Shown here piece by piece: positions 35,415 through 45,104 of a stretch of 64,000 nucleotides of DNA. The DNA is taken from the IMG/VR virus record IMGVR_UViG_3300037882_001770, positions 253,494 through 317,493 of that record. One strand, given 5' to 3'. A model generated the notes under the pieces. It was not told the origin of the DNA. It saw only the letters and a list, made by a program, of their open reading frames with translations, and searched no databases. Each line of letters starts with the position of its first letter. Position 1 is the stretch's first letter. The translations under genes and the position numbers were made by a program.

Positions 35415-37925
35415 ATGAAGCGGAAATTGCTTTATACACTAATGTTCGGCTCAGTTATTGTGCTCACTGCCTGTGGGGGTGGAGGAGGGGGTGGAAGAGA
35501 GAGTGGAGGAGGAGGTGCTCCTGGTTCTCCACCGATCTATAATACTCCTAATCCATATCTCAGAGCCGAAGTCCCGTATTCTACCCCAGTGTTACAAGCA
35601 GTAGTAGATCCATTGGTCAACGTGGCAGGTAATGGCTATAAATGGGCAGTAGCCGACACATTCTCGGCAGACATTGTCGGCACCGGTGGTCAAGATTTAA
35701 TTGTTGCTGGTCGTATGACCCAACCGACTCCTATCGCAGAATGGGGCGACAATCGCATCAGCATGCTGAGCTGGCAAAACAATCAGCTGGTAGATAAAAC
35801 AACGCAATGGTTTCCAAATGATACCAATATTATATTAGGTACTGAGCCTAGTGTTAAATTTGCTGACTTTTTTAAAACAGGTCGCAATGACATGTTTGTA
35901 TCAACCGGTACTGATATGCAACACTACGGTCCAACATATTTTTATCGCAATACCGGCACACAGTTCGAACGTCAACTATTAACCACAGCAAATATTTGGT
36001 CGCATGATTCTGCAATCGGCGACCTTGACGGGGACGGGTACAAAGATATTGCTATTATTGACTACGGCACTAATACTACACTGGCCTTTAACAACCGAGT
36101 AAATGGATTTAATGTATATACTCAAGCTCAAAACATAGTTAACGGTTACACCAACGTAGCCATCCATACCGGCAGTAGTATTGCTATTGGTAATTTTTTA
36201 GGCAACAGCCAAGGACAACTGATAGTAACTGATACTCCCGGTGCCAACAACAGTAGTCCTACAAAAATGTATTCTTGGGCGATCAATGCTCAAAATCAAC
36301 TTAACTTTACAGAATTATCTACACTACCAACTCCTAGATTTGAACTGCCTAAATGGGCCGGGTATGGGTTTGCACCCGGAAGCCATAACGTTAGAGCAGT
36401 AACGTACGATTTCAATGATGACGCCAAGCCCGATGTATTGATTTTCAGTCGACCTGGGCTTGGTACTGTAGATAACAAATGGAGCGAAATACAGTTCTTA
36501 AAAAATAGCGGAACTGGTGCATTTACTGATGTAACCGATGATACTCTAGTAGGTTATAATCATAGAACCTACACTACATATAATCCTAAATTTCTTGACT
36601 TAAACGGTGACGGGCGCGAAGACATCTTAGTATCCGGTGCAGATTTTACAGGGACTAACAATAGCACACAATTTTTATTAAAAAGTTCAGACGGCAAGTA
36701 TGTGGCAGCATATCAAAACATTCTAACTGACTTTGCGACTCAGGCCAATTCAGTGCAAGGTGCCGACAACATGGGCAATACTGTAAATGTACTCAAAGCG
36801 CCCAATGGCAAACTATTTTTAGTTTCGGCAGTTAGTTTTATGAACAACGGCGATCGCCAACTTGCGGTGTACATGAGCGAACTTGGTAGTCAAAGTACTA
36901 CAACTGCTCAAACAGCAATTAACTTAATTTTACAAAAATGGCCGTACATGACTGTGCCGGAGGCCAACGAAGTGTTGGCGCGAACTAGTGCTACATATTT
37001 TGGCGGACGTGTAATTGATATAGATACTATGATGAATCCTGTTGGGTCATTAAGTATTCCTAACGCTAGAGGTTTGGCACCGATCAACGGATTTATTGCA
37101 GGAGTTAATTTAGATTCTGGACAAGCGGTTGTACTTGATGAGCTTAAACGATCATACAGTATGAATATTCAGCCCATGAACATCATGCGTTTAAATGCGT
37201 TTCAAATGAATATGGGACATAACGATCAACATAATCTTACTAGTCATGCTGAGTATCTGGTAAACGGACCTGTAATGACTTATGGTAACATTAGAGTCGG
37301 TAGCGAAAATCGAAACAACTTCACACACGGCGGTGCAAGCGACGGTCCAATGCTGGTTAATCAACAACTTACAAATTACACTCTTGGCCTTCCAAACATC
37401 TGGAGCAAAGGTAATTTTTCAGTTGGTACACAATATACTGTTCTTAATCAAAATCCGTGGCTTGCAATAGGCGGTGCTTGGGGCCAAATTACCAATTCAA
37501 ACGTGCTTGATAATGTAGTAACCTATCGTAATAAAGGATTTAGTACGCAGGCTAGTTTGATGCACGTGACCACAAATATCACTCCCGGACTAGTAACCAA
37601 TGTGAGCAACATGACTGGGGGATGGGCCGAAACCGGATATAGATATACTGACTGGAAAGGGCTTGGCGACATTGGCGTATATGCTGGTGTCAAACCGGTT
37701 GTGTTTTCGGGCAATGTTACAGCAAGAATTCCAACCAGTATTGACAACGCAGGCAACATAGTGTACACTAATAAAAACATGGCCATACAAAATCAAACCA
37801 CTACATATATCCGTGCTATGTACAGCAACATGCTAGACAAAAATACACAGTATCGAGTTAGTGGCATGGTGTTGTCAAGTGGTCAATATCGACTCATGTA
37901 TGAACTTAGATGGTGGTTAGACTAA
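35415..37925 (+). CDS. FG-GAP/VCBS-repeat lipoprotein with C-terminal beta-strand-rich domain
   Basis: LTA-C-GGGG lipobox; GDLDGDGYKD, DFNDDAKPD, DLNGDGRED repeats; aromatic amphipathic C-terminus. Confidence 0.75.
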   Translation: MKRKLLYTLMFGSVIVLTACGGGGGGGRESGGGGAPGSPPIYNTPNPYLRAEVPYSTPVLQAVVDPLVNVAGNGYKWAVADTFSADIVGTGGQDLIVAGRMTQPTPIAEWGDNRISMLSWQNNQLVDKTTQWFPNDTNIILGTEPSVKFADFFKTGRNDMFVSTGTDMQHYGPTYFYRNTGTQFERQLLTTANIWSHDSAIGDLDGDGYKDIAIIDYGTNTTLAFNNRVNGFNVYTQAQNIVNGYTNVAIHTGSSIAIGNFLGNSQGQLIVTDTPGANNSSPTKMYSWAINAQNQLNFTELSTLPTPRFELPKWAGYGFAPGSHNVRAVTYDFNDDAKPDVLIFSRPGLGTVDNKWSEIQFLKNSGTGAFTDVTDDTLVGYNHRTYTTYNPKFLDLNGDGREDILVSGADFTGTNNSTQFLLKSSDGKYVAAYQNILTDFATQANSVQGADNMGNTVNVLKAPNGKLFLVSAVSFMNNGDRQLAVYMSELGSQSTTTAQTAINLILQKWPYMTVPEANEVLARTSATYFGGRVIDIDTMMNPVGSLSIPNARGLAPINGFIAGVNLDSGQAVVLDELKRSYSMNIQPMNIMRLNAFQMNMGHNDQHNLTSHAEYLVNGPVMTYGNIRVGSENRNNFTHGGASDGPMLVNQQLTNYTLGLPNIWSKGNFSVGTQYTVLNQNPWLAIGGAWGQITNSNVLDNVVTYRNKGFSTQASLMHVTTNITPGLVTNVSNMTGGWAETGYRYTDWKGLGDIGVYAGVKPVVFSGNVTARIPTSIDNAGNIVYTNKNMAIQNQTTTYIRAMYSNMLDKNTQYRVSGMVLSSGQYRLMYELRWWLD

Positions 37926-38296
37926 TGGACTTAGAAGAAGCTCAACGATACGGAATAGCACCTTGGGACAACATACTCAAAGAAGACTTTCACGTGGTAG
38001 TGTATCTAGATCGATATCCTTGTACTGAAGGACATAGACTATATGTTCCTAGATACGACTCGGATATGTTGATGAATCAGTGCCTCACTGACGCTCTAAG
38101 AGATGGCCAGGCTATGGTTGCCGCAGGTGAGTGTGACGGATTCAACATTGGTATGAATTGGGGTACAGCCGCGGGGCAAACTGTGATGTGGCCACACATT
38201 CATCTTATACCAAGAAGAAATGGTGATGTTGAAGATCCAGTGGGCGGAGTTAGAAATACCATACCCGGTAAAGGTAATTATAAAAAATGGAAGTAG
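37925..38296 (+). CDS. HIT family hydrolase
   Basis: AGQTVMWPHIHLIPR histidine-triad region (first His replaced by Trp). Confidence 0.8.
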   Translation: MDLEEAQRYGIAPWDNILKEDFHVVVYLDRYPCTEGHRLYVPRYDSDMLMNQCLTDALRDGQAMVAAGECDGFNIGMNWGTAAGQTVMWPHIHLIPRRNGDVEDPVGGVRNTIPGKGNYKKWK

Positions 38297-38490
38297 CACT
38301 TACCGCGTTAATGGTAGGATTGTTGGGATACCAAGTAACCATGCCGTCAAATGAAAATGCCAAATACATGTTTAGTGTGCATCAGGATACCATTATAAAA
38401 ATGAACACCCAAGACGGCAGTATGGTAAAATGCAAATCAGATTTGACTTGTGAAGAATTTAAAACTGTATCCACTGAAACAAATAAATAG
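38287..38490 (+). CDS. Small membrane-anchored hypothetical protein
   Basis: 67-aa ORF with hydrophobic N-terminus. Confidence 0.45.
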   Translation: MEVALTALMVGLLGYQVTMPSNENAKYMFSVHQDTIIKMNTQDGSMVKCKSDLTCEEFKTVSTETNK

Positions 38491-38496
38491 ATTTAC

Positions 38497-38562
38497 AGCG
38501 GCCTTTTGGTGTCACCCCGCTTTACAAATTCTGCCACCTATGCTATAATCTAACATAGGAGA
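38497..38562 (+). promoter_or_regulatory. Candidate cis-regulatory RNA in queD leader
   Basis: AGCGG/CCGCT stem, loop TGGTG pairing with TGCCA, then CCTATG/CATAGG stem covering the SD. Confidence 0.5.
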
Positions 38563-38568
38563 AATACA

Positions 38569-39093
38569 ATGGCAAAATATCTTTCAACAAAAACTTATGG
38601 TAACGATCGCGGCTTGTCCTGCTGTTTCAGACAATGGCGCAGTACACACAGCCATTGCAGTTTGCTACATGGTTACTCAATTGGTATTAAACTGATCTTT
38701 GAAAGTGAAACTCTAGATGATCGTAACTGGGTCATGGACTTTGGCGGACTCAAAGCGTTCAAAGAATGGGCTGATTGGCAATTTGATCATACCATGTGTG
38801 TGGGGTCTGATGATCCCCATTTAGAAAAATTCAAAGCCCTAGCCGCACTAGGCAAACAGGCCGAAGGCGGCATAGTAGATCTGCGTATTGTAGAAGCGGT
38901 GGGCTGTGAAAAATTTGCAGAACTTGCTTATCGCACAATGCAACAAATATTAGCGGCATATCAAGAAGGTAGCAAGTGGCATCATCCTGACGGACGTGTA
39001 TTTGAAGCACGTTACCCAGTTGAGATCGGTGTTAGACTGCGCTCAGCAGAAGTATTCGAACATGCCGGTAATAGTGCTATCTATGAAGGCTAA
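38569..39093 (+). CDS. queD: 6-carboxytetrahydropterin synthase
   Basis: HCSLLHGYS, WVMDFGGLK, FDH, GCEKFAE, VFEH motifs. Confidence 0.85.
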   Translation: MAKYLSTKTYGNDRGLSCCFRQWRSTHSHCSLLHGYSIGIKLIFESETLDDRNWVMDFGGLKAFKEWADWQFDHTMCVGSDDPHLEKFKALAALGKQAEGGIVDLRIVEAVGCEKFAELAYRTMQQILAAYQEGSKWHHPDGRVFEARYPVEIGVRLRSAEVFEHAGNSAIYEG

Positions 39094-39122
39094 AAATTAA
39101 GATTTATTTGCTTAAGGACTAA

Positions 39123-40016
39123 ATGACAAGACCGTTTAAAATTGCAGTATTGTTACCCACTCGTGGAAGGACTGATGCCTTGGCTCGTAGTATCATTAGC
39201 CTGTTTAATCGAGCTGTGGACAAAAGCAGCATTCAGTTGATGATGATTTTTGATCACGACGACGATATAGGGTATGGATACTTTGAAAGAAAAATTCGGC
39301 CTTGGCTGGACGATCACGAAATCGACTATACTGCACTCGGAGTCGACAGCATGGGGTATGAGGGTCTTAATCGTTATTACAACACTATGGCAGAATCATG
39401 TGATGCTGATTGGTTTTTTATCTGGAACGATGATGCTATCATGGAAACTACTGGCTGGGATCAAATAATTACCAAAAACACAGGCGAATTTAAGCTGTTG
39501 GCTGTACGCACACACAACGATCATCCTTACAGTATTTTTCCTATTATTCCTCGTGAGTGGTACGATCTATTTGGCTTGTTGAGCCGTCATCAGATGATCG
39601 ACGCAGAGTTTAGTCAGCTTGCATACATGCTCAATATATTTGAACGAGTAGATATTTTTGTTACCCACGACCGTGCAGACCTCACCGGCAACAATGCCGA
39701 CGAAACTGACAAAAAACGTGTGAGATTCGAGGGCAATCCAGAAAATCCGCATGACTTTCATCACACTCTCTACTCTAAGCAACGTCTTGTTGACGCAGAA
39801 ACCATAGCACAATATATGAAGTCAATTGGCATGGACGTAGAATTTTGGACCAATGTCAAGGCTGGCAAACAGTATCCATGGGAACAACTGATCAAAAATG
39901 ACACTAACAAACAGATGAGACAATTTGGCGTAACAGTAGATCCTGTCACAAACAAAGTGGTTGCTATCAAACCAGACGATCATGCAAACATAGTAAGGCA
40001 ACAAAATGAATCTTGA
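39123..40016 (+). CDS. GT-A glycosyltransferase
   Basis: LLPTRGR, DHDD, WNDDA motifs. Confidence 0.7.
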   Translation: MTRPFKIAVLLPTRGRTDALARSIISLFNRAVDKSSIQLMMIFDHDDDIGYGYFERKIRPWLDDHEIDYTALGVDSMGYEGLNRYYNTMAESCDADWFFIWNDDAIMETTGWDQIITKNTGEFKLLAVRTHNDHPYSIFPIIPREWYDLFGLLSRHQMIDAEFSQLAYMLNIFERVDIFVTHDRADLTGNNADETDKKRVRFEGNPENPHDFHHTLYSKQRLVDAETIAQYMKSIGMDVEFWTNVKAGKQYPWEQLIKNDTNKQMRQFGVTVDPVTNKVVAIKPDDHANIVRQQNES

Positions 40017-41241
40017 TATCATTACCAGTAAAAAAATTGATCAGTGCTTGATTACCAGTTTGCCAGTTACTAAAGTTTTAGATTTTGGTCAGCATTCTTA
40101 TGCTGATACTTTTATTAGCCAAGATCAATATCATCTCAGCGAGCCAGTGTTTCCTTTACAGGTCATGCTGTGTCCAGATTCAGGCATGATACAGTTAGGA
40201 TATGTCAGCAACGCCGAAGCAAGATATAATTTATACAGCTACAGTTACACTTCCAGTAATAGCAAAACTGCAAGAGATCATTGGGATCGTTATGCCGCCA
40301 CTATTAAAAATACCTACGGGGTCAACGGACTAGTTGTTGAGATTGGCAGCAATGACGGATATCTAATTGGACAGTTTAATGGCGAAGCTACCACAGCACT
40401 TGGAGTTGACAGTAGCAAAGAAATGTGTCGTCTTGCCAAGAACAAAGGAGTCGAAACAGTACACGGATTATTTGATTTCGGTACTGCCCAGTCTCTAAAA
40501 AACACACATGGCACAGCAAAAATTATTATGGCCAATAATGTGTTTAATCATGCCAACGACCCGCTGGCATTTGCCAAAGCAGTTGGCGAATTGTTAGACC
40601 CAGAGTCAGGTGTATTTGTATTCGAAGTGCCATACTGGCTCAGTATGGTCCAAAGTGGCCGCTTTACAGATATGGTCTATCACGAACATCCTAGCTATTT
40701 TACAGTAAAGAGTCTTTGGAATTTGCTTAAAATTGCAGGGCTAGAAATTACAGATTATCAAATAGTAGACTACCATGGCGGAAGTCTGAGAGTACATGCT
40801 CGTTGTGATACTGGTGCAGACATGCCAGACTTGATTACCCATGCAATACTTCAAGAACACGTAGCTGGAATATTCCTGCCAGAGTTTTATCAAAATCTTC
40901 AAAGAAAATTTGAATTGCAACGAGCTGAATGGTTGTATAATTTTAATCAGATTTACATGACCGATCCCGATGCTGTGTTTATTGGCATTGGTGCAGCCGC
41001 AAAAGCAAACACCTGGCTAACCTGGCACGGCCTCAATGCTACCCACTTGCATTGTATTACCGACGCTAGCGAATACAAGCAAGGCAAATACACCCCGCTG
41101 AGTAGAATTCCTATTTTAGGCGACAACGAGTTTGCCAATCATCCGGCTCCGTATGCGTTGATTTTAAGTTGGAATATTAGCGAAGGCCTCAAGAAATCCA
41201 TACTAAATATCAACCCCAACACAAGGTTTATTTCACAATGA
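40006..41241 (+). CDS. NDP-sugar C-methyltransferase
   Basis: EIGSNDG, NVFNH, YHEH, HGGSLR, GAAAKANT, KQGKYTP motifs. Confidence 0.85.
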   Translation: MNLDIITSKKIDQCLITSLPVTKVLDFGQHSYADTFISQDQYHLSEPVFPLQVMLCPDSGMIQLGYVSNAEARYNLYSYSYTSSNSKTARDHWDRYAATIKNTYGVNGLVVEIGSNDGYLIGQFNGEATTALGVDSSKEMCRLAKNKGVETVHGLFDFGTAQSLKNTHGTAKIIMANNVFNHANDPLAFAKAVGELLDPESGVFVFEVPYWLSMVQSGRFTDMVYHEHPSYFTVKSLWNLLKIAGLEITDYQIVDYHGGSLRVHARCDTGADMPDLITHAILQEHVAGIFLPEFYQNLQRKFELQRAEWLYNFNQIYMTDPDAVFIGIGAAAKANTWLTWHGLNATHLHCITDASEYKQGKYTPLSRIPILGDNEFANHPAPYALILSWNISEGLKKSILNINPNTRFISQ

Positions 41242-41645
41242 AACACTACAATATTCACAGCAACCAAGAGCCTGGTCTAGGTGTACATCAAGACGATCGC
41301 GGTACCATTGCAGATATTTTTTATAAATTAAATGTAAATCACGGTTGTTTAATCAGCAATGCTCCCGGAGCAGTGCGTGGCAATCATTATCACAAATTAA
41401 CAACACAGTACACCTTTATTGTAGCCGGCAGTTTGGAATACTATAGCAAATCTGTCGACAGTGACAAGCCAGCTCAAGTGCTATCAGCAAAGGGCGGGGA
41501 TTTTATTATTAGCGAACCAAACGAGATCCATGCACTCCGCGCTGGCGCACAAGGGTGTGTGTTTATAGCATTTGCTGAAGGCCCTCGTGGTGGTGAAGAC
41601 TACGAAAATGACACATTTCGAGTAGACTCAATTATTCCACAATGA
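41238..41645 (+). CDS. Cupin (NDP-sugar isomerase/epimerase-like)
   Basis: DDRG, VRGNHYH, PNEIH. Confidence 0.7.
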   Translation: MKHYNIHSNQEPGLGVHQDDRGTIADIFYKLNVNHGCLISNAPGAVRGNHYHKLTTQYTFIVAGSLEYYSKSVDSDKPAQVLSAKGGDFIISEPNEIHALRAGAQGCVFIAFAEGPRGGEDYENDTFRVDSIIPQ

Positions 41646-42235
41646 AAAAAACTGTAGCGATTTTTGGAGCAAGTGGCGGCATTGGACGAGCTGTTAGGCA
41701 AGCCTTCCTGGATGCCGAATACACAGTTATTCCGGTCAGTCGTACCTTGATTGATTTTGCCGGTACTGATGCTGAACGTCAAATACAAGAATTTTTAAGT
41801 TTATCCACACCGGATGTAGTGGTCAACTGCGTTGGAAAGTTTAGCAACAATGACGAGCCAGCCGGCCCACTCATGAACATAAACTTCAACAGCAATTGGG
41901 CAATAGTTCAACACTATTTAAAAAATCCACAGCCGGTTAGGGTTATTATTGTTGGGTCAAGTGCATACAAATCTGGCAGAAAAGATTACATGGTGTACAG
42001 CGCCAGCAAGGCTGCCCTATACAACCTATGGCAAGGTGCAAGAGATACGTTTGCTGAAACCGAAGTACGAGTCGACTTAGTTAATCCTGTAAGAACTCGT
42101 ACCAAAATGGTTGAACCATTTAACACAGAACTAGATTATCTGGAGCCACAAGAAGTTGCAAAATGTATTTTACAATTGGATCAATGGAACGATCCCAGCA
42201 GATGCGTAGACATAACTTTTAAGGATGCAAAATGA
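41642..42235 (+). CDS. SDR oxidoreductase
   Basis: GASGGIG and YSASK. Confidence 0.8.
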   Translation: MKKTVAIFGASGGIGRAVRQAFLDAEYTVIPVSRTLIDFAGTDAERQIQEFLSLSTPDVVVNCVGKFSNNDEPAGPLMNINFNSNWAIVQHYLKNPQPVRVIIVGSSAYKSGRKDYMVYSASKAALYNLWQGARDTFAETEVRVDLVNPVRTRTKMVEPFNTELDYLEPQEVAKCILQLDQWNDPSRCVDITFKDAK

Positions 42236-43005
42236 AAATAGGATTATTAGGACGCGGTACTGTAGGCAAAGCTGTCTATGAAGGGCTGGAATATCTAGGC
42301 CACGAAATGAGTTTCTTTGACCCAGCCTACGAAGGCTCACACATTGAGGACGTGCTGTCAACTGACTGTGTGTTTATTTGTGTACCGACTGATCAGGCAG
42401 CCAACGGCGACTGTGATACCAGTATTGTAGACCGTGTGGTCAAAGATCTTGCTGAACGCAATTATACTGGATTGGTATCTATTAAAAGCACAGTAGTTCC
42501 TGGGACCACCGAGCGTCTACAAAAAACCTACCCTGAGTTAAGATTAAGCATGGTTCCAGAATTTTTACGTGCTAAAAGTGCATTGGCTGATTTTGTATAC
42601 AATCATGACCTATTAGTTGTGGGCTGTAACAACAAAGAGGATGCGGAACTTCTAGTAGAAATCCACGGAAGTTTTCCTGAAAACATTGCTCGTGTAAGTC
42701 CTACTGAAGCCGAAGTGATCAAATATTTTAACAACGTACATCATGCTATGAGTGTGACCTTTGCCAACATCACATATGATGTATGCGACAAGCTAGGCGC
42801 CAACTATATGAATGTGTACAAGGCCATTACCAAACGTGAATGCATCAATCCTCATTACCTAATGGCCAATCCGAACATGCGAGGATACGGCGGGCATTGT
42901 TTGCCAAAAGATACCAGCGCATGGAACAACTTGATTCAAAATTTAGGATTAGACTTTGGATTAATTCAAGCAGTAATCAACGACAACGAGAAATTTAACA
43001 AATGA
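42232..43005 (+). CDS. UDP-glucose/GDP-mannose dehydrogenase family (short form)
   Basis: GRGTVG, CVPT, IKSTVVPGT, PEFL, GYGGHCLPKD; lacks C-terminal domain. Confidence 0.85.
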   Translation: MKIGLLGRGTVGKAVYEGLEYLGHEMSFFDPAYEGSHIEDVLSTDCVFICVPTDQAANGDCDTSIVDRVVKDLAERNYTGLVSIKSTVVPGTTERLQKTYPELRLSMVPEFLRAKSALADFVYNHDLLVVGCNNKEDAELLVEIHGSFPENIARVSPTEAEVIKYFNNVHHAMSVTFANITYDVCDKLGANYMNVYKAITKRECINPHYLMANPNMRGYGGHCLPKDTSAWNNLIQNLGLDFGLIQAVINDNEKFNK

Positions 43006-43913
43006 AAATACTAGTAACCGGTGCCAGCGGCTTGTTGGGCACAGAAATCTGCCGCCAACTCAAACAAAACAAAAAAAATGTAGTATGGGCCATGGACAAT
43101 CATTCCAGAAGCGAAAGCATTCCGCCCTGTGATAAGTTTATCGAAGTAGACCTAACCGCTGGCGATGTCGCGTATGCAGAGTTACCTATAGACTTTGATT
43201 ATATCTATCACTATGGTGCAATCAACGGTACTAAAAACTTTTACGAACGCCCAAATCAAGTATTATGGAACAACATGATTGGCGACTTCAATGTTTTTGA
43301 GTTTGCAGGCATGAATAAAAAACTAAAGAAACTAGTGTATGCTTCTAGTAGTGAAGTAGTCAGCGATGATCCAAAAAGCCCTGTACCAGAAAATACAAAT
43401 ATCACAATCAACAATATTCACAACGCTAGATGGAGTTATAGACTGCCAAAGATATGTGCCGAGAATTACCTGGCCAACAGCAATTTGCCATATGTCATGA
43501 TTCGATATTTTAATGTGTACGGTGACAACAGCAAAGCAGGGCATTTTTTAGCAGACCAAATTGAGAAAATTCAAAACGGTGTATTCGAAATTATCGGGCC
43601 CAAAGAAACTCGTAGTTTTTGTCACGTGGAAGACGCAGTAAGGGCTACAATTTTCTGCGCAGAGAACGCAAATCGCGAACTGTTTAACATTGGCAATGAT
43701 CGAGAAATCACTATCAAAGATGCTGCCCAAATTATTGCAGCTGAACTTGGACATGCTTCGCCTAAATGGAAAACCACTCCAGGTAAAGCCGGTAGTACAC
43801 CAAACCGCAGACCAAACATCAACAAGCTCAAAAAGCTCATGAAGGATTACAAGCCCATGACATTTGAACAAGGCATCAAACAAATCATTGCCAATCGCGT
43901 TGACAAAAAGTAA
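43002..43913 (+). CDS. NAD-dependent sugar epimerase/dehydratase
   Basis: TGASGLLG, ASSSEV, YRLPK, RYFNVYG, TRSFCHVED. Confidence 0.85.
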   Translation: MKILVTGASGLLGTEICRQLKQNKKNVVWAMDNHSRSESIPPCDKFIEVDLTAGDVAYAELPIDFDYIYHYGAINGTKNFYERPNQVLWNNMIGDFNVFEFAGMNKKLKKLVYASSSEVVSDDPKSPVPENTNITINNIHNARWSYRLPKICAENYLANSNLPYVMIRYFNVYGDNSKAGHFLADQIEKIQNGVFEIIGPKETRSFCHVEDAVRATIFCAENANRELFNIGNDREITIKDAAQIIAAELGHASPKWKTTPGKAGSTPNRRPNINKLKKLMKDYKPMTFEQGIKQIIANRVDKK

Positions 43914-43929
43914 GTGCGTAGTGTATAAT
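43900..43929 (+). promoter_or_regulatory. Sigma70-like promoter (near-leaderless mRNA)
   Basis: TTGACA-N18-TATAAT, ATG 5 nt later. Confidence 0.55.
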
Positions 43930-43934
43930 AGTAT

Positions 43935-44468
43935 ATGAAAAAAATATATTATACCTGGCAAGATGTTGAGAAACAAACCCAAGAAATTCTACGCCAACTT
44001 CAGCGCGATGCATGGATGCCCGACTATGTAGTAGGACTCACTCGTGGTGGACTAGTACCAGCTAATTTGATTAGTCAATACCTCGAGGTTCCAATGGAAA
44101 CACTTAAGGTTAGTTTGCGTGATGATAACTCGCAACCAGAAAGTAATTTATGGATGGCCGAAGATGCTTACGGGTATACCATCCATGATCCTATGTGTAA
44201 CGGTGATGGCCGTAAGAATATTCTTATTGTAGACGATATCAATGATTCGGGTGCTACACTTAACTGGATCAAACAAGACTGGATGAGCAGTTGCATGCCA
44301 GTTGACAGCCGTTGGGATCATGTATGGAGCAATAATGTTCGTGTAGCTGTGCTAGTGGATAACGAAGCAAGCACCAGTGAATTAAATGTTAGTTATTCAG
44401 CTGTCGACCTAAATAAGGCTGAAGAAGATTCGTGGATTGTTTTTCCTTGGGAAGATTGGTGGAAATAA
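43935..44468 (+). CDS. Purine phosphoribosyltransferase (Gpt-like)
   Basis: GLTRGGLVPA, LIVDDINDSGATL PRPP motif, WIVFPWE. Confidence 0.85.
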   Translation: MKKIYYTWQDVEKQTQEILRQLQRDAWMPDYVVGLTRGGLVPANLISQYLEVPMETLKVSLRDDNSQPESNLWMAEDAYGYTIHDPMCNGDGRKNILIVDDINDSGATLNWIKQDWMSSCMPVDSRWDHVWSNNVRVAVLVDNEASTSELNVSYSAVDLNKAEEDSWIVFPWEDWWK

Positions 44469-44472
44469 ATTT

Positions 44473-45057
44473 ATGTTTTGCATGACCAAAGGTCCGCTGG
44501 CCTGGATCAAGATAGCTAAAAATGCTTGTAGCAGTTGGCAGTATGCCTTGACTCAAGACGGGTGGTCACTTGAAAATCTATCTGACTATCAAGGGCGATG
44601 GCATGAAAAAACATGGTTCGCATTTTTACGGGAGCCATATGCTAGACATACCATGGGACTGGCAGAATTTTTAGACAGGAACAATTTGTTTTCTATTCTA
44701 GATCATCCAGCGTATTCCAAGGTGGTCTGTTCTGTACTGTGTGACGAGCATACCTACAGTGTGCACCATATGGTTCCACATGAACTAATACAACAAACCA
44801 ACTGGTTTGTAATTGATCATGCGCATTTTGATTACGAAGAGTTAACTCGTCGTTTTTGTAAGTCTTATAATATTCAGATTCCGCCAATCCCCACCCTTAA
44901 TCAATCCAGAGACGAGATTAAACAAATACGTAGTAGAATTGATCTTATTAAACAACAAAACCCTTCTGTGTTTGGATCGGTTGCAAAAAATTATCTTGAA
45001 AGAGATGTTTTTCTGTATGCAAAAGCCGACGGCAGTCAGTCAAAATTTGACGTGTAG
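44473..45057 (+). CDS. Sulfotransferase-like protein
   Basis: IAKNACSS (PAPS-loop-like), FLREPYAR, Y..D..LY tail. Confidence 0.5.
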   Translation: MFCMTKGPLAWIKIAKNACSSWQYALTQDGWSLENLSDYQGRWHEKTWFAFLREPYARHTMGLAEFLDRNNLFSILDHPAYSKVVCSVLCDEHTYSVHHMVPHELIQQTNWFVIDHAHFDYEELTRRFCKSYNIQIPPIPTLNQSRDEIKQIRSRIDLIKQQNPSVFGSVAKNYLERDVFLYAKADGSQSKFDV

Positions 45058-45076
45058 TACACAGTTATGTTATACT
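45047..45076 (+). promoter_or_regulatory. Sigma70-like promoter for queE
   Basis: TTGACG-N18-TATACT with TG extension. Confidence 0.45.
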
Positions 45077-45104
45077 GTTATATCAACTTATACCTATTAA
45101 TATT

